Shown here in pieces: positions 16,172-23,732 of a DNA stretch of 32,000 nucleotides; position 1 is the first letter of the stretch; each line of letters starts with the position of its first letter. The notes below the pieces were generated by a model. It did not search any database and was not told the DNA's origin. It was given only the letters and a program-made list of their open reading frames with translations. A program made the position numbers and the translations under genes. Location of the stretch: the NCBI RefSeq assembly GCF_042663885.1, contig NZ_JBHSXV010000001.1; one strand, written 5' to 3'. This stretch comes from Aquipuribacter hungaricus (lineage in GTDB: Bacteria; Actinomycetota; Actinomycetes; Actinomycetales; JBBAYJ01).

Positions 16172-17344
16172 GTGCTCCGTTCCATGTTCTCCTCCATCAG
16201 CGGGCTCCGCTCGCACCAGACGATGATGGACGTCACCGGCAACAACATCGCCAACGTCAACACCGCGGGCTTCAAGTCCAGCCAGACCCTGTTCCAGGAC
16301 ACCCTGAGCCAGCTGCTCCAGGGCGCGGCGTCCCCCACCCCCGACCAGGGCGGCACCAACCCGGCGCAGGTCGGCCTCGGCACCCGGGTCGCGGGCATCA
16401 CGACGAACTTCGGGCAGGGCGCGGCGCAGACCACGGGCCGCAGCACCGACCTCATGATCTCCGGCGACGGCTTCTTCGTCGTCGACAACGGCAACGAGCA
16501 GCTCTACACCCGAGCCGGCTCCTTCAGCTTCGACGCCGGCGGCCGCCTGGTCACCGCGGACGGCTCGCAGGTCCAGGGCTGGGGCGCCACCGACGGCGTC
16601 GTCGACACCAACGGCCCCCTCGGCCCGCTGACCCTGCCGATCGGCGTGCTGCTGCCCCCGGCCGGCACGACGAGCGTGACCATGGGCGGCAACCTGCCCG
16701 CGGACTCCGCGAGCACCCAGCCCGTCACCACCGCCATCGACGTCTTCGACGCCCAGGGCGCGGCCCGCAAGGTCACCGTCCAGTACACCCGCCTGAGCCC
16801 CACCCAGTGGTCGGTCACCGCCGTCGACGGCGGCACCACCGCCGCCGGCACCCTGACCTTCGCCGCCGACGGCTCCACGCCGACCCCGGCGACGCTCGCC
16901 CTGGGCGGGATCACCATCGACATGACCGGGATGACCGGCTACGCCAAGACCAACACCGCGGCAGCCCTCAAGCAGGACGGCTACGCCGTCGGCACGCTGT
17001 CCAGCTTCGGCGTCGGCCCCGACGGCGGGCTCGTCGGCGTGTTCTCCAACGGCCGCCGCGAGGTCCTCGGCCAGCTGGCCATGGCGACGTTCGCCAACCC
17101 GGCCGGCCTGGAGAAGGCGGGCGGGTCGATGTACCGGCCCAGCGTCAACACCGGCGAGCCGCAGGTCGGCGTCCCCGGCGACGGCCGCGGCACCCTGTCC
17201 GGCGGCATGCTCGAGATGAGCAACGTCGACCTGGCGCAGGAGTTCACCAACCTCATCATCGCCCAGCGCGGCTTCCAGGCGAACAGCCGCGTCATCACGG
17301 CCTCCGACGAGATCCTCCAGGACCTCGTCAACATGAAGCGCTGA
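16172..17344 (+). CDS. flgE: Flagellar hook protein FlgE (390 aa)
   Basis: MLRSMFSSISGLRSHQTMMDVTGNNIANVNTAGFKSSQTLFQD...DLMISGDGFFVV...LYTRAGSFSFDAGGRLV...LEMSNVDLAQEFTNLIIAQRGFQANSRVITASDEILQDLVNMKR is typical of FlgE. AGGAGG at 16161..16166 precedes GTG 16172. Confidence 0.96.
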   Translation: MLRSMFSSISGLRSHQTMMDVTGNNIANVNTAGFKSSQTLFQDTLSQLLQGAASPTPDQGGTNPAQVGLGTRVAGITTNFGQGAAQTTGRSTDLMISGDGFFVVDNGNEQLYTRAGSFSFDAGGRLVTADGSQVQGWGATDGVVDTNGPLGPLTLPIGVLLPPAGTTSVTMGGNLPADSASTQPVTTAIDVFDAQGAARKVTVQYTRLSPTQWSVTAVDGGTTAAGTLTFAADGSTPTPATLALGGITIDMTGMTGYAKTNTAAALKQDGYAVGTLSSFGVGPDGGLVGVFSNGRREVLGQLAMATFANPAGLEKAGGSMYRPSVNTGEPQVGVPGDGRGTLSGGMLEMSNVDLAQEFTNLIIAQRGFQANSRVITASDEILQDLVNMKR

Positions 17345-17370
17345 CCCAGGTCCCACCCGACCTGCCCGGG

Positions 17371-17398
17371 GGGCGGGCCGCCCGCGCGCGGCCCGCTC
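17371..17398 (+). terminator. Hairpin downstream of flgE (9-bp stem GCGGGCCGC/GCGGCCCGC, 6-nt loop)
   Basis: 17373..17381 pairs with 17388..17396. It lies 27 nt after the flgE stop and upstream of the candidate flbD promoter. Confidence 0.4.
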
Positions 17399-17428
17399 AC
17401 CCGTCCGGGTGCAGGTACCCCCAGGACC

Positions 17429-17455
17429 TCATCCGTCCGGCGGTGCCGCCGATCC
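17429..17455 (+). promoter_or_regulatory. Candidate sigma-28-type promoter for flbD-motA-motB-fliL: TCAT-N15-GCCGATCC
   Basis: ccTCATccgtccggcggtgccGCCGATCC, located in the 237-nt flgE-flbD gap. Stator genes are sigma-28 dependent in many bacteria. Confidence 0.45.
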
Positions 17456-17463
17456 CTCACCCG

Positions 17464-17508
17464 CACCACCAGCACGAGCACGAGCACCAGCACGAGCACC
17501 ACCAGCAC
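17464..17508 (+). repeat. 45-nt CAC-rich triplet/hexamer repeat (CAC alternating with CAG/GAG) in the flbD leader
   Basis: caccaccagcacgagcacgagcaccagcacgagcaccaccagcac. Confidence 0.9.
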
Positions 17509-17525
17509 CGCGCGCACGGCGCGCA

Positions 17526-17575
17526 CCACGGACCGACGCGCCACGGACGGCGCGGCCACCCCCTCCACGGACGGA
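17526..17575 (+). promoter_or_regulatory. Three CCACGGA copies plus ACGGA in the flbD leader, the last ones next to the start codon
   Basis: CCACGGA is at 17526..17532, 17541..17547 and 17565..17571, and ACGGA is at 17571..17575. The flbD GTG is at 17582. Confidence 0.3.
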
Positions 17576-17581
17576 CCTGAC

Positions 17582-17980
17582 GTGATACGACTGACGAGGC
17601 TCAACGGGAGCGTCTTCTCCCTCAACCCGGACCTGATCCACCGGGCCGAGGAGACGCCGGACACCGTGCTGACCCTCATCGACGGCAGCCGCTACCTCGT
17701 GGTGGAGAGCCTCGAGCAGCTCGTCGACCTGGTTGTCGGCTACCGCGCCAGGGTCGTCGCCCAGGCCGGCCTGCTCGGCGAGGCCGCCCTCGGGGCGCCC
17801 GCCACGACGGCCCACGTCCGTCCCGTCCCCGACGACGACAGCGACGACGACAGCGACCACGACGGCCACGACGACGGCCACGACGGCCAGGACGACGACA
17901 GCCACAGCAGCCACGACAGCAGCCACGACCGCCGCCCGACGGGCGCCTCGGTCGTGCAGCTGCGCGCCAGGAGGGCGTGA
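17582..17980 (+). CDS. flbD: FlbD-family flagellar protein with an Asp/His/Ser-rich C-terminal extension (132 aa)
   Basis: VIRLTRLNGSVFSLNPDLIHRAEETPDTVLTLIDGSRYLVVESLEQLVDLVVGYRARV matches the FlbD family (about 60-70 aa). It is followed by ...PDDDSDDDSDHDGHDDGHDGQDDDSHSSHDSSHD. The gene lies directly upstream of motA. Confidence 0.85.
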   Translation: MIRLTRLNGSVFSLNPDLIHRAEETPDTVLTLIDGSRYLVVESLEQLVDLVVGYRARVVAQAGLLGEAALGAPATTAHVRPVPDDDSDDDSDHDGHDDGHDGQDDDSHSSHDSSHDRRPTGASVVQLRARRA

Positions 17981-18765
17981 TGGACCCGCTCACCCTGATC
18001 GGCATCGTCGCCGGCTTCGCCGCGATCTTCGTCTCGACCACCCTCGAGGGTGGCAACCCGATGGCCATGTTCCTGCTGCCGCCCATGCTGCTCGTGCTCG
18101 GCGGCAGCGTCGCGGTCGGCATGGCCGGCAACACCATGGGCGACGCCGCCCGCTTCGGCAAGGACCTGGTCAAGGCCCTGTCCGGCAAGGCCGCCAAGCC
18201 CGGCGCCTCCGTGGAGACCGTCGTCGCGCTCGCCGAGCAGGCCCGGCGCGAGGGTCTGCTGGGCCTGGAGGACGCCGCCTCGCAGATCGACGACCCCTTC
18301 CTCAAGGAGGCGCTCGAGCTGGCCATCGACGGCACCGACCCGGAGGACCTCCAGGACGTGCTGTTCGGCAAGATCGAGGCCAAGCGCGCCTTCGACAAGG
18401 TCGGCGCCAAGTTCTACGCCGACATGGGGGCCTACGCCCCGACGCTCGGCATCGTCGGCACCGTGCTCGGCCTGGTCCACGTGCTGGAGCAGCTGTCGGA
18501 GCCGGAGAAGCTCGGCCACCTCATCGCGGCGGCGTTCCTGGCGACGCTGTGGGGCGTCATGAGCGCCAACGTCATCTTCCTGCCGGTCGCCGCGCGCCTC
18601 AAGCGCCTGTCCGAGCTGGAGACCGCGAGCATGGAGGTCGTCGTCGAGGGCGTGCTGGCGATCCAGTCCGGCGCCAGCCCCCGCATCGTCGCCCGCAAGC
18701 TCGGCAGCCTGCTGCCCCCGGGCAGCGCCAAGGCCGACAAGGCCGACAAGGCCAAGGCGGCGTGA
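17980..18765 (+). CDS. motA: Flagellar stator protein MotA
   Basis: ...YADMGAYAPTLGIVGTVLGLVHVLEQL...LGHLIAAAFLATLWGVMSANVIFLPVAARLKRL matches the MotA/TolQ/ExbB channel motifs. I prefer ATG 17980 (AGGAGG 5 nt upstream) over GTG 17977. Confidence 0.93.
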   Translation: MDPLTLIGIVAGFAAIFVSTTLEGGNPMAMFLLPPMLLVLGGSVAVGMAGNTMGDAARFGKDLVKALSGKAAKPGASVETVVALAEQARREGLLGLEDAASQIDDPFLKEALELAIDGTDPEDLQDVLFGKIEAKRAFDKVGAKFYADMGAYAPTLGIVGTVLGLVHVLEQLSEPEKLGHLIAAAFLATLWGVMSANVIFLPVAARLKRLSELETASMEVVVEGVLAIQSGASPRIVARKLGSLLPPGSAKADKADKAKAA

Positions 18766-18766
18766 C

Positions 18767-19648
18767 GTGTCCGGGCACAAGGGCCGTCGCGGCGGCGGGC
18801 ACGAGGAGGAGCACGAGAACCACGAGCGCTGGCTGATCTCCTACGCGGACATGATCACGCTGCTCATGGTGCTGTTCGTCGTCATGTTCGCCATCAGCAA
18901 CGTCGACCAGAAGAAGTTCGCCGAGCTCAGCGCCGGCCTGTCCGCAGGCTTCGGGGCGCCCCGGTTCGTCGCCATGGACGGGGCGATCAGCCCGCTGTCC
19001 GGCGCCGGGCCGATGATCGACCCGATCAGCGTGGAGATCCCGCCCGTCGGCCCGCCCGGCGGCGACAGCACCGGCGAGGTGCCGGCGCAGGAGGAGGCCG
19101 AGAAGGCCGCGTCCGACCTGGCCGCCGCGCAGGCCGAGCTCGCCCGCCTCGACGACGTCGAGGCCCAGGCGCAGGCCGCGCTCGCCGCGGTCGGCCTGCA
19201 GGACCGCGCCGGGTTCCGCGTCACCGAGGAGGGGCTGGTCGTCGTCCTGTTCGCCGACGACGTGTTCTTCGCCAACGGCAGCGCCACCATCCAGCCGACG
19301 GGGGAGCGGGTCATCGACACCCTCGGCCCCGTCCTGCTGGGTGCCGGCAGCCCGGTGAGCGCCGAGGGCCACGCCAACCACCTGCCCGTCGGGGCCGGCT
19401 CGATCTACCCGTCCAACTGGGAGCTCTCCGCAGCGCGCGCCGCCGCGGTCGCCCGCCGCCTGGTGGAGGTCGAGGGGCTCCCCGCGAGCACCGTCGACGC
19501 CACCGGCTACGGCGACGCCCGCCCCCTGGTGCCGATCGCGGACCCGGCCTCGCTGACCACCAACCGGCGTGTCGACCTGCTCCTGCGCTCGAACGCCTCG
19601 CCCGAGGTCCGCGCGCTCCTGCCCACCCTCGACGCCACGCGCTCGTGA
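18767..19648 (+). CDS. motB: Flagellar stator protein MotB with an OmpA-like peptidoglycan-binding domain
   Basis: HERWLISYADMITLLMVLFVVMFAISNVD contains the transmembrane segment with the conserved Asp. The C-terminal part NWELSAARAAAVARRLV...GYGDARPL...NRRVDLLL is OmpA-like. Confidence 0.93.
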   Translation: MSGHKGRRGGGHEEEHENHERWLISYADMITLLMVLFVVMFAISNVDQKKFAELSAGLSAGFGAPRFVAMDGAISPLSGAGPMIDPISVEIPPVGPPGGDSTGEVPAQEEAEKAASDLAAAQAELARLDDVEAQAQAALAAVGLQDRAGFRVTEEGLVVVLFADDVFFANGSATIQPTGERVIDTLGPVLLGAGSPVSAEGHANHLPVGAGSIYPSNWELSAARAAAVARRLVEVEGLPASTVDATGYGDARPLVPIADPASLTTNRRVDLLLRSNASPEVRALLPTLDATRS

Positions 19649-19732
19649 GCGTCGTGACCCCCGTGACCGGGCGCACCTTCGGCCCCACCCACCCCCCCAC
19701 CCGTCGCACCACCGCACACCTGGAGGCCTGAG

Positions 19733-20269
19733 ATGGCTGTCACCGACCGCGCCCTGACCGGCAAGCCCCCCGTGCCCGGACAGCGCAAGGGCGACCCCGT
19801 CGGCGGGGCCGACGAGGACGCGCCCGCGAAGGGCGGGAAGAAGAAGAAGATCATCGGCGCGGTGGTGCTGCTCGTCGCGCTCCTCGCGGCCGGCGCCGGC
19901 GCGTACTTCATGTTCATGGGCGGCGGTGGCGAGGAGGCCGCGGCCGAGGAGGCGGCCGCTGAGGTCGAGTACGAGCCGGGCCTCGTCGTCCCCCTGGAGC
20001 CCATCACCATCAACCTCGCCGACGGGCGCTACCTGCAGGTCGGCATCGCCCTGCAGGAGGCGGTCGCCGAGGGCGGCGGCGAGCACGCCGAGACCGACGG
20101 CAGCCAGGCGCTGGACATCCTCATCCACAAGCTGTCGGGCAAGCCGATGGCCGAGCTGGCGTCTGTCGAGCAGCGCGACGCCGTCAAGGCCGAGCTCGTC
20201 GAGGAGATCAAGCACGCCTACCACGACCACGTCTACGACATCTACTTCACGTCCTTCGTCATGCAGTGA
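19733..20269 (+). CDS. fliL: Flagellar basal-body-associated protein FliL
   Basis: KKKKIIGAVVLLVALLAAGAGAYFMF is the transmembrane segment, followed by ...LVVPLEPITINLADGRYLQVGIALQ...LDILIHKLSGKPMAEL...KAELVEEI, which fits the FliL pattern. GGAGG at 19722..19726. Confidence 0.85.
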   Translation: MAVTDRALTGKPPVPGQRKGDPVGGADEDAPAKGGKKKKIIGAVVLLVALLAAGAGAYFMFMGGGGEEAAAEEAAAEVEYEPGLVVPLEPITINLADGRYLQVGIALQEAVAEGGGEHAETDGSQALDILIHKLSGKPMAELASVEQRDAVKAELVEEIKHAYHDHVYDIYFTSFVMQ

Positions 20270-20278
20270 TCCCGGTCC

Positions 20279-20303
20279 CCGGCCCGCGACACGCGCGGGC
20301 CGG
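20279..20303 (+). terminator. Hairpin downstream of fliL (10-bp stem CCGGCCCGCG/CGCGGGCCGG, 5-nt loop)
   Basis: 20279..20288 pairs with 20294..20303. It lies 10 nt after the fliL stop and 10 nt before the -35 of the candidate fliM promoter. Confidence 0.5.
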
Positions 20304-20313
20304 AGACGGGCGC

Positions 20314-20340
20314 TCAAGGTTCCACCCGTTCGGCCGATGA
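20314..20340 (+). promoter_or_regulatory. Candidate sigma-28-type promoter for fliM and downstream genes: TCAA-N15-GCCGATGA
   Basis: gcTCAAggttccacccgttcgGCCGATGA. It ends 7 nt before fliM GTG 20348 and lies directly after a strong hairpin. Confidence 0.45.
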
Positions 20341-20347
20341 CTCCTCC

Positions 20348-21262
20348 GTGCCGACAGACAGCCCGACCAGGACAGCGGCCCGCCGCCGCGGGGCCACCCC
20401 CGCGGCGGAGCTCGAGCCCTATGACTTCCGGCGACCGACCAAGCTCAGCCGCGAGCACGCCCGCGCGCTGCAGGTCGTCGCCGAGACCTTCGCCCGCCAG
20501 TGGGCGACGCAGTTCTCCACCATGCTCCGCGACGGGCAGGTCGAGCCCGGCTCGGTGACGCAGACGACGTACGGCAAGTACGTCGCCTCGCTGCCCGCCC
20601 CCTCCCTGCTCGTCGTCGTCGGCTCCGAGGAGCTGTCGGACTTCGTGCTCCACGTCGAGCACGAGCTGGCCATGGCCGCCGTCGACCGCCTGCTCGGCGG
20701 GCGCGGCGAGGCCGACCAGCCCGCCCGGCCGGCCACCCAGCTGGAGACCGCGCTGCTGCGCAGCCTGCTGGACCGCGTGGTCGCCGAGCTGCCCTACGCC
20801 TTCGCGCCGCTGGGCGCGCTCACGCCGGAGATCACCGGCCTGGAGACCAACCCGCAGTTCGCGCAGGTGGTCGGCCCCGCCGAGGCGCTCGTCGTCATCG
20901 ACTTCGTCCTCACCGTCGGCGACGTCACCGGCGGCGCCACCCTGGCCGTCCCCTACGCCGCGCTGCAGCCGATGCTCAACCCGGACGGGGTCGACGAGCG
21001 CACGGTCGTGCGCACCAACCCCGCCGCCGAGCAGGGCCTGTCCGAGGTCCCCATGACCGTCGGCGCCCGGATGCGCGGCATCACGATGAGCAGCGACGAC
21101 GTGCTCGCCCTCGCCGTGGGCGACGTCGTCCGCCTCGGCCACGCCTCCGACACCCCGCTGCTCATGGTGGCGGGCGACCGCGCCTTTGCCCGCGCCGTGC
21201 CGGCCAACCGCCGCAACAAGCTCGCCTGCCTGATCGTCGACCCCCGGAAGGACCGCTCGTGA
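20348..21262 (+). CDS. fliM: Flagellar motor switch protein FliM
   Basis: EPYDFRRPTKLSREHARALQVVAETFARQWATQFSTMLR...LAMAAVDRLLGGRG...TQLETALLRSLLDRVVAEL...GDVVRLGH is typical of FliM. There is no Shine-Dalgarno sequence before GTG 20348 (see findings). Confidence 0.9.
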   Translation: MPTDSPTRTAARRRGATPAAELEPYDFRRPTKLSREHARALQVVAETFARQWATQFSTMLRDGQVEPGSVTQTTYGKYVASLPAPSLLVVVGSEELSDFVLHVEHELAMAAVDRLLGGRGEADQPARPATQLETALLRSLLDRVVAELPYAFAPLGALTPEITGLETNPQFAQVVGPAEALVVIDFVLTVGDVTGGATLAVPYAALQPMLNPDGVDERTVVRTNPAAEQGLSEVPMTVGARMRGITMSSDDVLALAVGDVVRLGHASDTPLLMVAGDRAFARAVPANRRNKLACLIVDPRKDRS

Positions 21263-22068
21263 CCAGCTCCCCGACCGCCCGCACGACCGACAGCACCACT
21301 GCCCCGGCCCTCGCCGCAGCCTCCGCGGCGGCGGCGGTGCTGCCCCTGGGCGGCCCGGTCGCCCCGGTCACGGCCCCGCTGTCCGAGCTGGACGGCCTGG
21401 ACAGCCACGTCGCGGTCACCGCCCGGTTCTCCGGCGCGGTCGACGGCACCGTCGCGGTCGTCCTGTCCGCCGGCGACCTGCTCGCCCTGTCCGGCGGCGA
21501 GACCGTCGACCCCGAGTGCTGCCGCCCGGCCCTGGAGGCCGCGTCGACCGCCCTCGGCCCGTGCGTGCTGTCCGCCCTGGACACCGTGTCCGCCCCCACG
21601 CTGCTGCAGACGCTGCGCGAGGCGGGGGAGCGGGCGCACCTGGCCCGCCTCGGCGACGACCCGGCCGACGCCGTCCACGTGGTCGTCGTCGTCGCCGACG
21701 CGCCCGCCCCGCCGGCCGAGGTCCCCACACCCCGGCGCAGCCCCGCCGACGGCGGCACGGGCAGCGGCACCACCGTCACCCCGCCCGCCGGCGGGCGCGG
21801 CGTGAGCGCCGGCGACATCGCCCGCGGCATGGGCATGCTCCGCGGCGTCCACATGGAGGTCACCGCCGAGATCGGCCGCACCCGGATGACCGTCCAGGAG
21901 CTGCTCGAGCTCGCCGCCGGCTCCGTGGTCGAGCTCGACCGCCCCGTCGGCAGCCCCGCCGACCTGCTCGTCAACGGCCGGCTCTTCGCCCGCGGCGAGG
22001 TCGTCGTCGTCGACGAGGACTTCGCCCTGCGCATCACCGAGATCGTCGAGCCGGACGACGCCGGCTGA
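21259..22068 (+). CDS. fliN: Flagellar switch protein of the FliN/FliY family (269 aa) with an extended N-terminal region
   Basis: In-frame part of track ORF 20500..22068, from GTG 21259, which overlaps the fliM stop. The C-terminal part LRGVHMEVTAEIGRTRMTVQELLELAAGSVVELDRPVGSPADLLVNGRLFARGEVVVVDEDFALRITEIV is a SpoA/FliN domain. Confidence 0.88.
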   Translation: MTSSPTARTTDSTTAPALAAASAAAAVLPLGGPVAPVTAPLSELDGLDSHVAVTARFSGAVDGTVAVVLSAGDLLALSGGETVDPECCRPALEAASTALGPCVLSALDTVSAPTLLQTLREAGERAHLARLGDDPADAVHVVVVVADAPAPPAEVPTPRRSPADGGTGSGTTVTPPAGGRGVSAGDIARGMGMLRGVHMEVTAEIGRTRMTVQELLELAAGSVVELDRPVGSPADLLVNGRLFARGEVVVVDEDFALRITEIVEPDDAG

Positions 22069-22544
22069 TGGAGACCGCCCAGATGCTGCTGCGCGCCGGC
22101 GGCGGCCTGCTCGCGGTGCTGGGGACCGTGTGGGTCCTCACCCGCGTGGTCGCCGCCCGCACCGGCACGGCGGGGTCCCCGCAGGCCGCCCGGCTGCGCG
22201 TCGTGGCCCGGGCGTCGCTCGGCCGCCACACCAGCGTGGTCAGCGTCGACGCCGGGGACCGCGTCCTCGTCCTCGGCGTCGGGGAGCACGGGGTCCGGCT
22301 GCTCGCCGAGCAGCCCGCGCTGCCCGAGCCGGAGCCCGTCGCCGAGGAGCGCGTCGAGGTGCTCGACCTGGCGCTGCCCACCGGCGCCGGCACCGGCGCC
22401 GGCACGGCCGCGCAGACGACCGGTCCGGCTGCCCCCGCGGCGGCCGTCCCCGGCCCCCGCAGCCCGGTGGCCGGCTCGCTCGTCGACCCCGCCACCTGGC
22501 GCGCGGTCGTGTCCGTCGCCCGCGAGAGGACCGTCCGGAGGTGA
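22068..22544 (+). CDS. fliO: Probable FliO (export-gate assembly factor)
   Basis: In-frame part of track ORF 21516..22544, from ATG 22068. It has one N-terminal transmembrane segment (LLRAGGGLLAVLGTVWVLTRVV), followed by RLRVVARASLGRHTSVVSVDAGDRVLVLGVGEHGVRLLAE, which resembles the FliO core. The position before fliP supports the call. Confidence 0.7.
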   Translation: METAQMLLRAGGGLLAVLGTVWVLTRVVAARTGTAGSPQAARLRVVARASLGRHTSVVSVDAGDRVLVLGVGEHGVRLLAEQPALPEPEPVAEERVEVLDLALPTGAGTGAGTAAQTTGPAAPAAAVPGPRSPVAGSLVDPATWRAVVSVARERTVRR

Positions 22545-23449
22545 CCGCCACCGCACCCGCCGCCGCCCGCACCGCGCCGAGCACCACGTCCCGCACCAGC
22601 CACCTCCCCGCCGTCGCCCGCCGGGTGCTGCTGACCGTCCTCGCCGCGCTCGCGGTCCTCGCCCTGCTGCTCGTCCTGCTCCCGGCCGCCGGCGCCGAGG
22701 CCGCCGTCCCGCCCGTCGACCCGGCGGCCCCCGCCGCACCGGCCGCGCCCGCCCCGCCGTCGGAGCCCGCCGTCACCGCCCCCGGCGGCCAGGTGAGCAT
22801 CGACGTCAACGGCCCCGACGGCACCCCCGCCTCGGCGCTGGTCCTCATCCTCGTCATCACCGGGCTGTCGGTCGCCCCGGGCCTGCTGCTCATGACGACC
22901 GCGTTCACCAAGATCGCCGTGGTCCTCGCGCTCACCCGCAACGCCATCGGCCTGCAGATGACCCCGCCCAACCAGGTGCTCATCGGGCTGTCGCTGTTCC
23001 TCACGCTGTTCGTCATGACCCCGACGCTCACCGAGGTCAACGACATCGCCGTGCAGCCCTACCTCGCCGGCAGCATGACGATCAGCGACGCCTTCACCAC
23101 CGGGCTGGGGCCGATGCGGGAGTTCATGCTCTCGAGCACGCGGCCCGAGGAGCTCGCGCTCATCACCCGGGCCGCCGACCTCGACCTGCCCGGCAAGGCC
23201 GCCGACGTGCCCATCACCACGCTCGTGCCCGCCTTCGTCCTGTCGGAGCTGAGGTCGGCGTTCATCATCGGCTTCGTCATCTTCGTGCCGTTCCTGGTCA
23301 TCGACCTGGTGGTCTCCAGCGCGCTCATGAGCGTCGGCATGATGATGCTGCCGCCGGTCATCATCTCGCTGCCTTTCAAGATCCTCCTGTTCGTCCTCGT
23401 CGACGGCTGGGGCCTGGTCATCCGAGCCCTCGTCGGAAGCTACGGCTGA
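22541..23449 (+). CDS. fliP: Flagellar export-gate protein FliP
   Basis: In-frame part of track ORF 22130..23449, from GTG 22541. ...LLMTTAFTKIAVVLALTRNAIGLQMTPPNQVLIGLSLFLTLFVMTP...LVPAFVLSELRSAFIIGFVIFVPFLVIDLVVSSALMSVGMMMLPP is the FliP signature. Confidence 0.95.
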   Translation: MTATAPAAARTAPSTTSRTSHLPAVARRVLLTVLAALAVLALLLVLLPAAGAEAAVPPVDPAAPAAPAAPAPPSEPAVTAPGGQVSIDVNGPDGTPASALVLILVITGLSVAPGLLLMTTAFTKIAVVLALTRNAIGLQMTPPNQVLIGLSLFLTLFVMTPTLTEVNDIAVQPYLAGSMTISDAFTTGLGPMREFMLSSTRPEELALITRAADLDLPGKAADVPITTLVPAFVLSELRSAFIIGFVIFVPFLVIDLVVSSALMSVGMMMLPPVIISLPFKILLFVLVDGWGLVIRALVGSYG

Positions 23450-23454
23450 GCGCC

Positions 23455-23730
23455 ATGACCGATGCCGTCGTCGTCGAGATCGGCCTGGCCGCCCTCCTGC
23501 TCGGGGCCAAGCTGTCCGCCCCCATGCTCCTGTCCGCCCTGGTCGTCGGGTTCGTCGTCTCGCTGCTGCAGTCGGTGACGCAGATGCAGGACCCCGCCCT
23601 GGCCTTCGTCCCCAAGCTCGTCGCGGTGGGCCTGTGCCTGCTGCTGTTCGGCAGCTGGATGATCGCCGAGATCACGGTCTTCACGACCGACCTGTACGGG
23701 CGCATCCCGGACCTCGTCCGGGGCGGCTGA
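23455..23730 (+). CDS. fliQ: Flagellar export-gate protein FliQ
   Basis: ...APMLLSALVVGFVVSLLQSVTQMQDPALAFVPKLVAVGLCLLLFGSWM is the FliQ signature. The product is 91 aa. Confidence 0.93.
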   Translation: MTDAVVVEIGLAALLLGAKLSAPMLLSALVVGFVVSLLQSVTQMQDPALAFVPKLVAVGLCLLLFGSWMIAEITVFTTDLYGRIPDLVRGG

Positions 23731-23732
23731 GC

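Noticed and set aside
18599-22739. Minus-strand ORFs 18599..21142 (847 aa), 20953..21852 and 21162..22739 (525 aa)
   Set aside because: They are antisense to motB, fliL, fliM, fliN and fliO, have no motifs, and their composition is typical of GC-driven open frames.
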